Origin: Myxococcota bacterium
GTDB lineage: Bacteria > Myxococcota_A > SURF-8
Length of the DNA stretch: 64,000 nucleotides
Assembly (NCBI GenBank): GCA_965140415.1
Contig: OZ223209.1
Location: 3,168,001-3,232,000 of the forward strand
Direction of reading: 5' to 3'
The translations under genes and the position numbers were made by a program. The notes under the pieces are model-generated. The model was given only the letters and a program-made list of their open reading frames with translations. It was not told the origin of the DNA and made no database searches. Positions 27,654 through 37,226 of the stretch are shown here, piece by piece (within the stretch, counting starts at the first letter, position 1; the number at the start of each line of letters is the position of its first letter).

Positions 27654-28793
27654 TCACAGCAAGCTGCGAATCAGCATCGCACCGACGATACCAACCGAAA
27701 CGAGTGAAGCGGCAATACCGATATACAACCAGGTTTTCTTTCGTGGATCAACGACAATGACCTCATCTTCGTCATCATTGGCCTTGGTAACTTTTTTCAG
27801 TTTTTGACGGGAGGATGAGAAGGAACTTTCCGCTTCTCGTTCCACCTTTTGGGCTTCACGCTCCAAGGAAGCCATCGCCACTTCATCGATTTCCAATTCC
27901 TGAAAAATCGGATCTTCCAACAAGTTCATGTTCTGAACTTCGTTGTACCTGGCGAACAAGGGGCGATAGAATTTGTCCCGATCGGTTTCTTCGCTTATCG
28001 GGGCGGTGTTGATTCCAATGCCGAAGTGGTAGACGAGAAGATTGCTGACGTAAATACACTTGGCCAATGCAGGATTTTTCTCGGCTTTTTGCGGTTCGTG
28101 ATGCCGAATGACCGCCTCGACCACGGAAGCAGACATGTGCCAGCGCTTCGCCGCAATACCTCCAGCCAGTTCATGCACTTCCTGCATGGCGCGCTCAAGC
28201 ATGATTTCAGGGAAAATTCTGCGATTCTGAATTTCATCGGGAATGTTTCCCAATAATGCCGCTTTTCCGACATCGTGAACCAGGCCGGCCAGGAAAGCGA
28301 CTTCCGGGTCCGTATTGGCATATGGCGAAATTCGCCTGGCCATCGAAGCACAAGCCATGCTGTGCTTCCAAAGGGCGTTGATCAGCTTTTGGTAATCCTG
28401 GTTCGCAAATAAACGCGTCTCAACAAACAAACTGAATAAAGTGTGTTTCAGTTCGTGTTGGCCGATTCGGACCATTGCTTCGCGAATCGTATCGGCATCG
28501 CGTGCTCTGCGTAACAGAGAGGAGTTGGCAATCTGCATCAACCGACCGGCAACGGATTGATCTTTCTCGATCAACTTCTCGATTTCTGAAATCGGAGTTT
28601 CCGGATCGCTGGCCAGACGCATGGCCTGGGCGATAATGGTCGGAATGGTGGGAACATCCAGTTTTCCATCGCGAATCCAGCGCGACATCAACACCCGCAG
28701 TCGGTTCACCAAATGGCGAACCTCCGCAGGAAGTTCCGATGCAAACTCACGCGGTTCCATGTTGTCTGTAAGTTGAGCCCCGCTATCGCTCAT
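27654..28793 (-). CDS. HDOD-domain protein with C-terminal membrane anchor
   Basis: P.IP.....A, IEKDQ..A..L...ANS, LWKHS..CA, AFLAGLVHDVGK; terminal TM helix. Confidence 0.88.
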   Translation of the reverse strand: MSDSGAQLTDNMEPREFASELPAEVRHLVNRLRVLMSRWIRDGKLDVPTIPTIIAQAMRLASDPETPISEIEKLIEKDQSVAGRLMQIANSSLLRRARDADTIREAMVRIGQHELKHTLFSLFVETRLFANQDYQKLINALWKHSMACASMARRISPYANTDPEVAFLAGLVHDVGKAALLGNIPDEIQNRRIFPEIMLERAMQEVHELAGGIAAKRWHMSASVVEAVIRHHEPQKAEKNPALAKCIYVSNLLVYHFGIGINTAPISEETDRDKFYRPLFARYNEVQNMNLLEDPIFQELEIDEVAMASLEREAQKVEREAESSFSSSRQKLKKVTKANDDEDEVIVVDPRKKTWLYIGIAASLVSVGIVGAMLIRSLL

Positions 28794-29075
28794 CGTCTTA
28801 ATTTGCCCTCCCGAAATCAAACCCTGTTTCAGTGTAGGCGATTTCTGACACCGAAGCAATAAAACATGCGACTTTCAGACGGAATGTAAGCATTTTTTGG
28901 AGTAAGGGGTGCCTAACTGCGGATGTTACGCCAATCGGTAACGCTTGCCATCTTTTCAACTAATTGCGTTAATTCACTTGATTTTCACTTGCTTTTCGAT
29001 GGGGGGACGCTAATACTGAAAGGGGTACATGAGGGCTTGTTATTTACTTTCGAAGGGGAGGATGTATAAACAGCG

Positions 29076-31190
29076 ATGAAACGTCCATTGCGTGTAATCA
29101 TACTCTGGCATATGCACCAGCCTAACTATGTTAACCCGGACACAGATCACTCTCTGATGCCATGGGTCCGCATGCACGCAATCAAAGACTACTACGACAT
29201 GGGTCGCATCGTGGAGCAGGTGCCGGGTGCGAAAGCCGTTTTCAATTTCGTTCCATCCCTATGGGAACAGTTACTGCGTATGTCCGATGGTGATTGGCTT
29301 GATGAATACGAGCTGGTCTGCCGCAAACGAGAATCGGAACTTTCCAAAGAGGAAGTCCTGTTTATCGGGAAGTATCTGTTTTCATGTGTTTACGACACGA
29401 TGATCCGCCCTTATCCCTCCTACGAACAGCTATTTGAACGCTTCGGCCCCAATGCGCCAGCCGACCAGATCCTAAGTGCAAGCGAGCAAAATCTTCGCGA
29501 CATTCAAGTCTGGTTCCATTTGGCATGGTGCAATCATGAACTGCAAAGCAGATCAAATATTAAAGCGCTGATCGAACAGGGTTCCGGTTTCTCTTTCGAG
29601 CAAAAACTGGAACTTCTCGACACGCTTCGAGCCTTCTTGTCTGAAATTCCGGATCTTTATAGAAAACTTAGCGAACAGGGTGCGGTCGAGGTCAGTACGA
29701 CTCCATTTTTTCATCCGATACTGCCTCTGTTGCTCGATCCAGATAGCGCACATATCGCTTGTCCTGGTATGGAGCTACCTGAAGGACGCTATCCCTTACC
29801 GAATGATGCAAAGCTGCATGTCGAACGAGCGATTGTTTCTCATAAGGAACTGTTTGGTAGTGTTCCTATCGGTTTCTGGCCTGCCGAAGGCTCCGTTTCT
29901 CCACTGGCAGCCCAACTCTTTCGGGAGAATGGAGTTCAGTGGATCGCCACAGATGAAGAGAATTTAAGGCTTTCTCTGGGTTTGCCCAAAATGAACGCTG
30001 AAGAGAAGTATCGGTTGTATACACACAGCGGAGTACACATTTTCTTCCGCGATCATGGTCTTTCCGACAGAATCGGCTTTAATTATCAGCACTTTGAACC
30101 AACTGCGGCAGTGGATGACTTCTTGCATCACTTGCGCAGCATTCATCGAGCGCTGCCGGAATGGGGGGACTTTGCGGTTCCTGTTATTCTTGATGGGGAA
30201 AATTGCTGGGAATTCTATCCAGAACAGGGGCGGCCTTTTCTGCTGGAATTTTACCAACGTCTAACGGAAGCCGACGATATCGAGCTTCTTACTTTCTCCG
30301 ATCTTCTTTCCCAACAACCCGAAAGTTTTGAGTTGCCATATCTTCACTCCGGAAGTTGGATCGACGCGAACTTTACCACCTGGGTTGGAGATCCCGTAAA
30401 AAACCAGGCATGGAGCCATTTCTATCAAGCTCGTCGGCGTTGCCAAGCCTATTTGGACGATCCCAATCTCAGTAGCGAACAACGCGAGAACATTTTGGAA
30501 CAGATTCTCGTGGCGGAAGGTAGCGATTGGTTCTGGTGGTTTGGAGAAGGACACACGTCAGAGTACGACGAATTGTTTGACGCGCTGTTTAGAAAACGTC
30601 TGATCGCCATATACAATGCATTAGGCGAAACGCCACCAGATGCGTTGCACGAACCAATCGATAATCGCTGGGAGATGGATCGGGCTTATATCCTGCCAAC
30701 CCATTCGATACATCCTCGTATTAACGGTCGAACCGACTCTTACTGGGAATGGTTGTCTGCCGGTGCCTGTTATCCGCAAGGCGGGTCCATGCAGCGCTCC
30801 ACCATCCTGATAAAAAAGCTTTCTTTCGGCTTTAATGAGCATAGCCTGTATTTGCGCATCGAATCAAATCAGCTAAGAGAGTTGATAGAAGGCAAGCGAG
30901 TTCTGCAAATTCTCTTCACCCGACCGGAAATGCGCACATTCTCAATTCCGCTTCTACAAAGCAAAACCCGTGGCGCCATCGAGCAAGATGTCTTATTTGC
31001 AATAAATCAATGTGTGGAAATAAGCATCCCGTTTATTTCTCTCGATCCTGATTTCGAGGCAGGAGACCCCATAAACTTCTATGTCGCGATCAGTGATGAT
31101 TCTCACGAGTTGGAGCGATTGCCATCAGGAGCACCCATTCACCTGCCCTTCCCTTCTGAAACCTTTGACGAAGAAGACTGGCAGGTTTGA
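29076..31190 (+). CDS. GH57 amylopullulanase-like glycoside hydrolase
   Basis: WHMHQP, PWVRMH..KDY, FWPAEGSVS (nucleophile E), LDGENCWE (acid/base D), AEGSDWFWW. Confidence 0.9.
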   Translation: MKRPLRVIILWHMHQPNYVNPDTDHSLMPWVRMHAIKDYYDMGRIVEQVPGAKAVFNFVPSLWEQLLRMSDGDWLDEYELVCRKRESELSKEEVLFIGKYLFSCVYDTMIRPYPSYEQLFERFGPNAPADQILSASEQNLRDIQVWFHLAWCNHELQSRSNIKALIEQGSGFSFEQKLELLDTLRAFLSEIPDLYRKLSEQGAVEVSTTPFFHPILPLLLDPDSAHIACPGMELPEGRYPLPNDAKLHVERAIVSHKELFGSVPIGFWPAEGSVSPLAAQLFRENGVQWIATDEENLRLSLGLPKMNAEEKYRLYTHSGVHIFFRDHGLSDRIGFNYQHFEPTAAVDDFLHHLRSIHRALPEWGDFAVPVILDGENCWEFYPEQGRPFLLEFYQRLTEADDIELLTFSDLLSQQPESFELPYLHSGSWIDANFTTWVGDPVKNQAWSHFYQARRRCQAYLDDPNLSSEQRENILEQILVAEGSDWFWWFGEGHTSEYDELFDALFRKRLIAIYNALGETPPDALHEPIDNRWEMDRAYILPTHSIHPRINGRTDSYWEWLSAGACYPQGGSMQRSTILIKKLSFGFNEHSLYLRIESNQLRELIEGKRVLQILFTRPEMRTFSIPLLQSKTRGAIEQDVLFAINQCVEISIPFISLDPDFEAGDPINFYVAISDDSHELERLPSGAPIHLPFPSETFDEEDWQV

Positions 31191-31242
31191 AAAAACACCG
31201 TTTTCAACAATACGAACCTGTATTTACTTAGAGAGGGACAAC

Positions 31243-33393
31243 ATGGCAAAGGACAAACTATCATTCATCCTTGGCGTTCATTGCCACCAGCCTGTTGGAA
31301 ATTTCGGCTGGGTAATTGAAGAAGCATTCGAAAAGAGTTATCGCCCCTTTATGGAAACATTGGCTCAATATCCTCTATTGAAAGCAACGGCTCATTTCTC
31401 CGGTCCGCTGCTTGAGTGGATCGAGGCCGAACGACCTGAATTCTTCAAGACTGTTCGCCGTCTGGTTGAGGCGCGGCAATTGGAAATCATTGGTGGCGGA
31501 TTTTACGAGCCGATATTAATGACAATTCCTGAAATCGATCGTTTGGAACAGATCGAGATGCTTAGTGCCTATTCAGAGGAAAAACTGGGTATGCGCCCTA
31601 GTGGTCTCTGGTTGACGGAGCGCATCTGGGAACCGGCTCTGCCTCAAACTCTTACGGCAGCCGGAGTCCAATTTACCTTCACAGATGACAGTCACTTCTT
31701 CCAGGCGGGAATACCGGAAGAAAAAGTCGGCGGATACTACATTTCGGAAGATCAAGGCGAAGCCTGCGCCATTTTCCCCATCGATCAGACCTTGCGCTAT
31801 GCAGTGCCCTTCAAAGCGCCTGAAGTAACAATCGAGTACTTGCGCAAACGTTTCGAAAACGGAGACCGAAGCTGCTGCACGTTATTTGACGATGGAGAGA
31901 AATTCGGGTTGTGGCCGGGAACGTATAATCTGCTTTATCGCGAAAACTGGATCAAGCAGTTTTTCGAAGCCCTACAGAGTGAATCGGACTGGCTGGAAAT
32001 CACGACTCCCAGTGAATATCTACGGAATAACCCTTCGGAAGGATTGGTCTATATGCCGACTACGAGTTATTTCGAGATGAGCCAGTGGACATTAAATCAT
32101 GAGGATAATCGTACATTGGAGCAGTTGAGCCATATGCACGAAGAAGAATTGGGACATAAAAGAGAAGTGTTCATTAAGGGAGGTTTTTTCCGAAACTTCT
32201 TTTTGCGATATCCCGAATCGAATCACATGCACAAACGTATGCTGGAGGTCAGTCGCAAGGTTCATCTTTCGGGGCTGGAAGGTCAACCGCGAGACGAGGC
32301 GAAACGGGAGTTGTATCAAGCGCAGTGCAACTGTGCCTACTGGCATGGCATTTTTGGCGGTCTGTATCTGCCGCACCTGCGAGATGCCATTTATGAGCAT
32401 CTCATCAAAGCCGACTTCATGACGGAAAACCGCGACTTAGCAACGGATAATTACGATCTGGACTACGATGGCAAACCGGAAATCAGGCTTTTCAGTCAAT
32501 GGTTGATCGGTCTTCTGTCCCCATTCGACGGTGGTACGCTTATCGAACTGGATGTTGCGGAACCGAGTTTCAACCTGATCAACACATTGGCGCGCAGACC
32601 GGAAGCCTATCATTTTCCGCCTGTCATTCAGCATGAAGCTGGAGAATCCACCAGCATTCACGATCTGGAAAAGCAATTGACAGATGAGCAGAGAAAGCAG
32701 TTGTTATACGACTCGACGCGACGCTCCTGCTTCCGCGATACGATGTTGCCAATCGATCAGTCACCGACGGCAGAGGATCTTCGAGATCTGCGATATGTGG
32801 ATCTTGGCGAACTGGCCACGCTGAATTACACCGGAGTCGACAGTGAAACCTCAAACGAAGTGATCGCGGAAATGTCTGCAAAAGCGACACTACCCGATAG
32901 TAGCGAACTGAACATTGTCAAACGCTTTGCATTGCCTAAAAACCGGGCTCGCATGGCCGTCACCTATGAATTGACACCGGCAAACGGAAAAGCCATTGCC
33001 GGTCGATTTGCAACCCAGCTGAACATTGCGCTCCCTGCGGCGCTGGGTCAAACCAGCCCCTTTATTGTGGATGGCAACCTGTTGGAAGGTGTTGGACTGC
33101 TGGAATCGGGTGAAAAGCAGGCTGCAAAGCAGTTCGTGATCCATGAGACGGAACATCGGCATGTGGATTTCCAGGTTGACATTGACCGGGATATGGATAT
33201 CATCTGGCATCCGATTGAAACGGTTTCCCAATCCGAATCCGGTTTCGATCGTAACTACCAGTCAACGGCTATCTGGCTGCTTATGCCGCAGACGTCCATT
33301 GCGGAAAAGACGACGTTCACAGTGTACTTGACAATACAGGACAACCAGGAGAAGGCCCACAAGGCGGGCGATACATCCTGCGCAAACGATTAA
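31243..33393 (+). CDS. GH57 4-alpha-glucanotransferase/alpha-amylase (DUF1925/DUF1926 type)
   Basis: HCHQPVGN, WLTERIWEP, DDGEKFG.WP, AQCNCAYWHG.FGGLYLPHLR, ETVSQSE.G; start moved to ATG 31243. Confidence 0.9.
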   Translation: MAKDKLSFILGVHCHQPVGNFGWVIEEAFEKSYRPFMETLAQYPLLKATAHFSGPLLEWIEAERPEFFKTVRRLVEARQLEIIGGGFYEPILMTIPEIDRLEQIEMLSAYSEEKLGMRPSGLWLTERIWEPALPQTLTAAGVQFTFTDDSHFFQAGIPEEKVGGYYISEDQGEACAIFPIDQTLRYAVPFKAPEVTIEYLRKRFENGDRSCCTLFDDGEKFGLWPGTYNLLYRENWIKQFFEALQSESDWLEITTPSEYLRNNPSEGLVYMPTTSYFEMSQWTLNHEDNRTLEQLSHMHEEELGHKREVFIKGGFFRNFFLRYPESNHMHKRMLEVSRKVHLSGLEGQPRDEAKRELYQAQCNCAYWHGIFGGLYLPHLRDAIYEHLIKADFMTENRDLATDNYDLDYDGKPEIRLFSQWLIGLLSPFDGGTLIELDVAEPSFNLINTLARRPEAYHFPPVIQHEAGESTSIHDLEKQLTDEQRKQLLYDSTRRSCFRDTMLPIDQSPTAEDLRDLRYVDLGELATLNYTGVDSETSNEVIAEMSAKATLPDSSELNIVKRFALPKNRARMAVTYELTPANGKAIAGRFATQLNIALPAALGQTSPFIVDGNLLEGVGLLESGEKQAAKQFVIHETEHRHVDFQVDIDRDMDIIWHPIETVSQSESGFDRNYQSTAIWLLMPQTSIAEKTTFTVYLTIQDNQEKAHKAGDTSCAND

Positions 33394-33488
33394 TATCACT
33401 GGATATCGTTTCAGGTCACTAGATCTTGAGCGATCCAGATTGGTGATAAAACCAAGATTTTACTGGTTCGAGGAATGAGGAAACCGAC

Positions 33489-34112
33489 ATGCTACCTTTC
33501 AGTTACAACCAAGATCGCTGCTTAATCTTTCCAGTGGATCCGGGTAGTCTTTATGCCTACTGGGACTACAGTGAAGAAAGCTGGCAGGACATGGACCAGA
33601 ACAACGTCAATCTGATCCTCCAGATGGAGCGTCAAGACGGCGAAGTGTTCACGATTCAGGTTCGTCGTGAGAGCAGGAGCTATTGGTTTAAAGATCTATC
33701 TCCTTCCACTTTCTACCGTTTGGTTCTATTGACGGTAGATTCCCAAGGAGAGAAAAAGGTTTTCCTTAAGTCCTCTCCTGTTCGTATGCCTCCCAATCAG
33801 GTGTCCACACATACCGAAGCGTCATTTAAAACGTTTTCCCTGGAAGAACCATTGCCCGAGTTGCCTGCGGGACGAGAAAATGGATATGTCTACAATCCGA
33901 GTTGGAGAGCAGAGTTGCTTGAAGCCAGATCGAAAGGCCACATCGAGCCGGAAGACGACTGGCGCACACCAGACGAATTGATGAAGCTCAGCGAAGCGCA
34001 AGGTGTGGACCGAGAACCGAAGTCGATATTTTACAGCGAACAAACGGGAACCGACTTGTTTGTAAATGCCGCATCCAGCGGTCGGCTGCCCCGCTTGCCC
34101 GAAAAAGAATAA
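33489..34112 (+). CDS. DUF4912-domain protein
   Basis: LP.SY......IFPVDP..LYAYWD and ..SSPV.MP pattern; adjacent to the GH57 branching enzyme. Confidence 0.75.
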   Translation: MLPFSYNQDRCLIFPVDPGSLYAYWDYSEESWQDMDQNNVNLILQMERQDGEVFTIQVRRESRSYWFKDLSPSTFYRLVLLTVDSQGEKKVFLKSSPVRMPPNQVSTHTEASFKTFSLEEPLPELPAGRENGYVYNPSWRAELLEARSKGHIEPEDDWRTPDELMKLSEAQGVDREPKSIFYSEQTGTDLFVNAASSGRLPRLPEKE

Positions 34113-34128
34113 AGTGAAGGATTGAATC

Positions 34129-35724
34129 ATGAGCAAAGGATACTTAGCCCTGGTACTGCACGCGCATCTTCCCTTTATTCGTCACCCGGAAAACGACGAT
34201 CACCTGGAAGAGCGCTGGTTGTTTGAAGCCATTACCGAAACCTACATCCCGCTGCTACACGTTTATGAAGGACTCGTTAAAGATGGGGTTCCGTTTAAAA
34301 TCACCATGTCCGTCTCTCCTCCATTGGCAAATATGCTTGCCGATGAATTGTTGCAGCAGCGCTATCTTCGTCATTTGGATAAGTTGATCGATCTGTCCGA
34401 AAAGGAAATCGATCGCACTCGCAAGGAGGCCAATGATTTCACTGGCTTGGCGGAGATGTATTTCCATTTGTTCAAGAAAACGCGCCACACCTTTGCCGAA
34501 ATCTACGACTGCAATCTGTTGAACGGATTTCGGAAGTTTATGGAATCGGATAACTTGGAAATCATCACATGTGGTGCGACTCATGGCTTTCTGCCAATGA
34601 TGCGTCACCATCCGGAGTCGATTTGTGGTCAAATCCATACCGCTGCGGATGACTATGAACGTCATTTCGGCAGACGCCCGATGGGAATCTGGTTGCCGGA
34701 GTGTGGATATTTCAAGGGACTGGATCGCTATGTGGCCGAAGCGGGAATCCGCTATTTCCTTGTAGATACTCATGGTGTTGAATTTGCCGAGCCGCGACCG
34801 GTCAACGGGGTATACGCTCCGATCATGACACCCTCAGGCACGGCTGTATTCGCGCGCGATCATGAATCCTCCAAACAGGTATGGAGTTCGGAGGAAGGTT
34901 ATCCGGGAGACTTCGACTACCGGGAATTTTACCGGGATGTCGGCTTCGACCTGCCCTTCCCTTATATTAAGAATTACATCCATCCGGATGGTATCCGGCT
35001 GAACACCGGCATAAAATATTTCCGTATCACAGGAAAAGGCGATTTGAATACTCGTAAGCCGTACAACTACGACGTTGCCCGAGATCGTGCAGCCGAACAT
35101 GCAAGCAATTTCATTTTCAACCGGGAACGACAAATCGAGTGGATCTCCAGTGGCATGGAAGGCAAGCCGATTATCGTTGCGCCCTACGATGCGGAATTGT
35201 TCGGCCATTGGTGGTTTGAAGGCCCGGACTGGATCAACTACCTGCTACGCAAGGTAGCCTACGATCAGCACACTTTCGAAATGAGCACGCCGCGCCATTA
35301 CCTTCAAGAAAAGCCGAAGTTGCAGGTTTGCACTCCGGCGGATTCCTCATGGGGCGACAAAGGCTACTATGAAGTATGGGCCAATGGCGCCAACGAGTGG
35401 ATCTATCTGCACCTGCATCAAGCCGCAGAGCGAATGGTGGAACTTGCGCAGCATCCGGATCGTGGCTCGGAAACTGTCGAACGAGCGGTGCGCCAGGCGA
35501 TGCGTGAACTGCTTCTGGCGCAAAGTTCCGACTGGGCTTTCATTATCACAACCCAAACCGCCGTTGACTATGCCGTTCAACGGACAACGGTTCATCTTGA
35601 GCGATTTAACACGTTGTATTCCCAGATCAATCAGGGTAATATAGATTTAGGGTTTTTATCGGATATCGAAAGCAAAGACAATCTGTTCCGCGACATCAAT
35701 CCGGACATCTATCGCCCTCGATAG
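34129..35724 (+). CDS. GH57 1,4-alpha-glucan branching enzyme (DUF1957 type)
   Basis: LVLHAHLPF, EERWLFEAITETYIP, WLPECGY, APYDAELFGHWWFEG, LLAQSSDW. Confidence 0.93.
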   Translation: MSKGYLALVLHAHLPFIRHPENDDHLEERWLFEAITETYIPLLHVYEGLVKDGVPFKITMSVSPPLANMLADELLQQRYLRHLDKLIDLSEKEIDRTRKEANDFTGLAEMYFHLFKKTRHTFAEIYDCNLLNGFRKFMESDNLEIITCGATHGFLPMMRHHPESICGQIHTAADDYERHFGRRPMGIWLPECGYFKGLDRYVAEAGIRYFLVDTHGVEFAEPRPVNGVYAPIMTPSGTAVFARDHESSKQVWSSEEGYPGDFDYREFYRDVGFDLPFPYIKNYIHPDGIRLNTGIKYFRITGKGDLNTRKPYNYDVARDRAAEHASNFIFNRERQIEWISSGMEGKPIIVAPYDAELFGHWWFEGPDWINYLLRKVAYDQHTFEMSTPRHYLQEKPKLQVCTPADSSWGDKGYYEVWANGANEWIYLHLHQAAERMVELAQHPDRGSETVERAVRQAMRELLLAQSSDWAFIITTQTAVDYAVQRTTVHLERFNTLYSQINQGNIDLGFLSDIESKDNLFRDINPDIYRPR

Positions 35725-35738
35725 GTAGGAGTGCATCC

Positions 35739-37226
35739 ATGACACGGAAGATGAAAGCATTGCTGGTCAGTGCGGAGGCCATTCCGTTTTCAAAAGCGGG
35801 TGGTCTGGGAGATGTTGCGGGTGCGTTGCCTGTTGCGTTGGCCGCCCAAAAAGTCGATTGTCGCTTGATCACTCCTTTGTATGGTTTCATCGATAAGGGT
35901 TCGTACCGAATTCGAAAAGTCGCCGGTCTCGATCCGATATCCATTCCTGTCGGCGACAGAACCTTCGAGGTGACATTTTACCGATCCAATTTCCCAAACA
36001 CAAAAACCCAGGTATTCTTTGTGGGTTGCAAGGACTTGTTCGATCGCGACGGCATCTATACCGATCCGGTCAACAGCCAACCCTATGACGATACTCCCAC
36101 TCGTTTTATCCTCTTTTCAAAAGCGGTAATCGAGTTTCTAAAACAAGAAGTGTTCCTTCCGGACATTCTGCATTTGAACGATTACCATACCGCTCTAATC
36201 GCTCCGATGCTGAGGACTCTGCCGCAACCGGAAGCGTTACGCAGCATAAAGCTGCTCTTCGCCATCAATAATGCACAATACCAAGGCCAGGAAGATCAGC
36301 ACTACATCTACGAAGCGGGATTGGACTATCAACTCGCATATGCCGGTGGTCCATTGGAGTTTTATGGTGGTTTCAATTTTATGAAATCAGGCATCGTGCA
36401 TGCGGACAAGCTGGTAACGGTTTCTCCGACCTATGCCAAACAGACCATGGAAAGTTCAGAAGCGGGTTTTGGTCTTGAGGGGGTTTTGGCAAGTCGCAGT
36501 AAAGATTATGAAGGCATTCTCAATGGTGTTGACTACAGTTTGTGGGATCCCAAAAACGACAAGCTGATTCCAAAGAATTACAGCGCCGGATCGCTTCAGG
36601 GAAAGCAGAAAAACAAAGCTGCGTTGATTAAGAAATGCGATTTCAGAGACTTCGACGTCAACAGACCTTTAGCCGGTATGGTTACGCGTTTAGTGGAACA
36701 AAAAGGTCTGGATTTGTTACTCGATGCACTACCCGGCCTACTTGATCTCGAACTTAACATTGTGATTCTGGGGAAAGGTTCCCCGCGAATCGAACAAGAA
36801 TTACAGGCAGCCCAGCAACGCTATTCCAATCACTTGGCTCTCTTCCTCGATTTCGATGAACCTCTCGCTCACCTGATCGAAGCCGGCAGTGATTTCTACC
36901 TGATGCCATCTCGTTTTGAGCCTTGCGGTCTGAACCAAATGTACTCATTACGCTACGGCACCTTGCCTATCGTTCATCACACGGGTGGTCTTGCCGATTC
37001 CGTACTGGATTATTCTCCCGAGACAAACAGCGGATGGGGCTTCAGCTTTGCGCGCTTTGAAACATCGGAACTAATAGAGGCCGTTAGTAGGGCCTGTCAG
37101 GCATATCGGGATAGTGAAGGCTGGAAACGGCTTATGAAACGAGCGATGGGTCTGGATTTCAGTTGGGACAGCAGTGCGGAAAAATATAAAGAACTCTATC
37201 ACAGAATGATCAATGTCCAGTCATGA
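35739..37226 (+). CDS. glgA: Glycogen synthase (GT5)
   Basis: KAGGLGDV, TVSPTYA, GILNGVD, RLVEQKG, PSRFEPCGLNQMYSLRYG, TGGLAD. Confidence 0.95.
   Translation: MTRKMKALLVSAEAIPFSKAGGLGDVAGALPVALAAQKVDCRLITPLYGFIDKGSYRIRKVAGLDPISIPVGDRTFEVTFYRSNFPNTKTQVFFVGCKDLFDRDGIYTDPVNSQPYDDTPTRFILFSKAVIEFLKQEVFLPDILHLNDYHTALIAPMLRTLPQPEALRSIKLLFAINNAQYQGQEDQHYIYEAGLDYQLAYAGGPLEFYGGFNFMKSGIVHADKLVTVSPTYAKQTMESSEAGFGLEGVLASRSKDYEGILNGVDYSLWDPKNDKLIPKNYSAGSLQGKQKNKAALIKKCDFRDFDVNRPLAGMVTRLVEQKGLDLLLDALPGLLDLELNIVILGKGSPRIEQELQAAQQRYSNHLALFLDFDEPLAHLIEAGSDFYLMPSRFEPCGLNQMYSLRYGTLPIVHHTGGLADSVLDYSPETNSGWGFSFARFETSELIEAVSRACQAYRDSEGWKRLMKRAMGLDFSWDSSAEKYKELYHRMINVQS

Noticed and set aside
31081-31242. Track's early start for the second GH57 gene
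   Set aside because: Overlaps the previous gene; RBS and family N-terminus fit ATG 31243.
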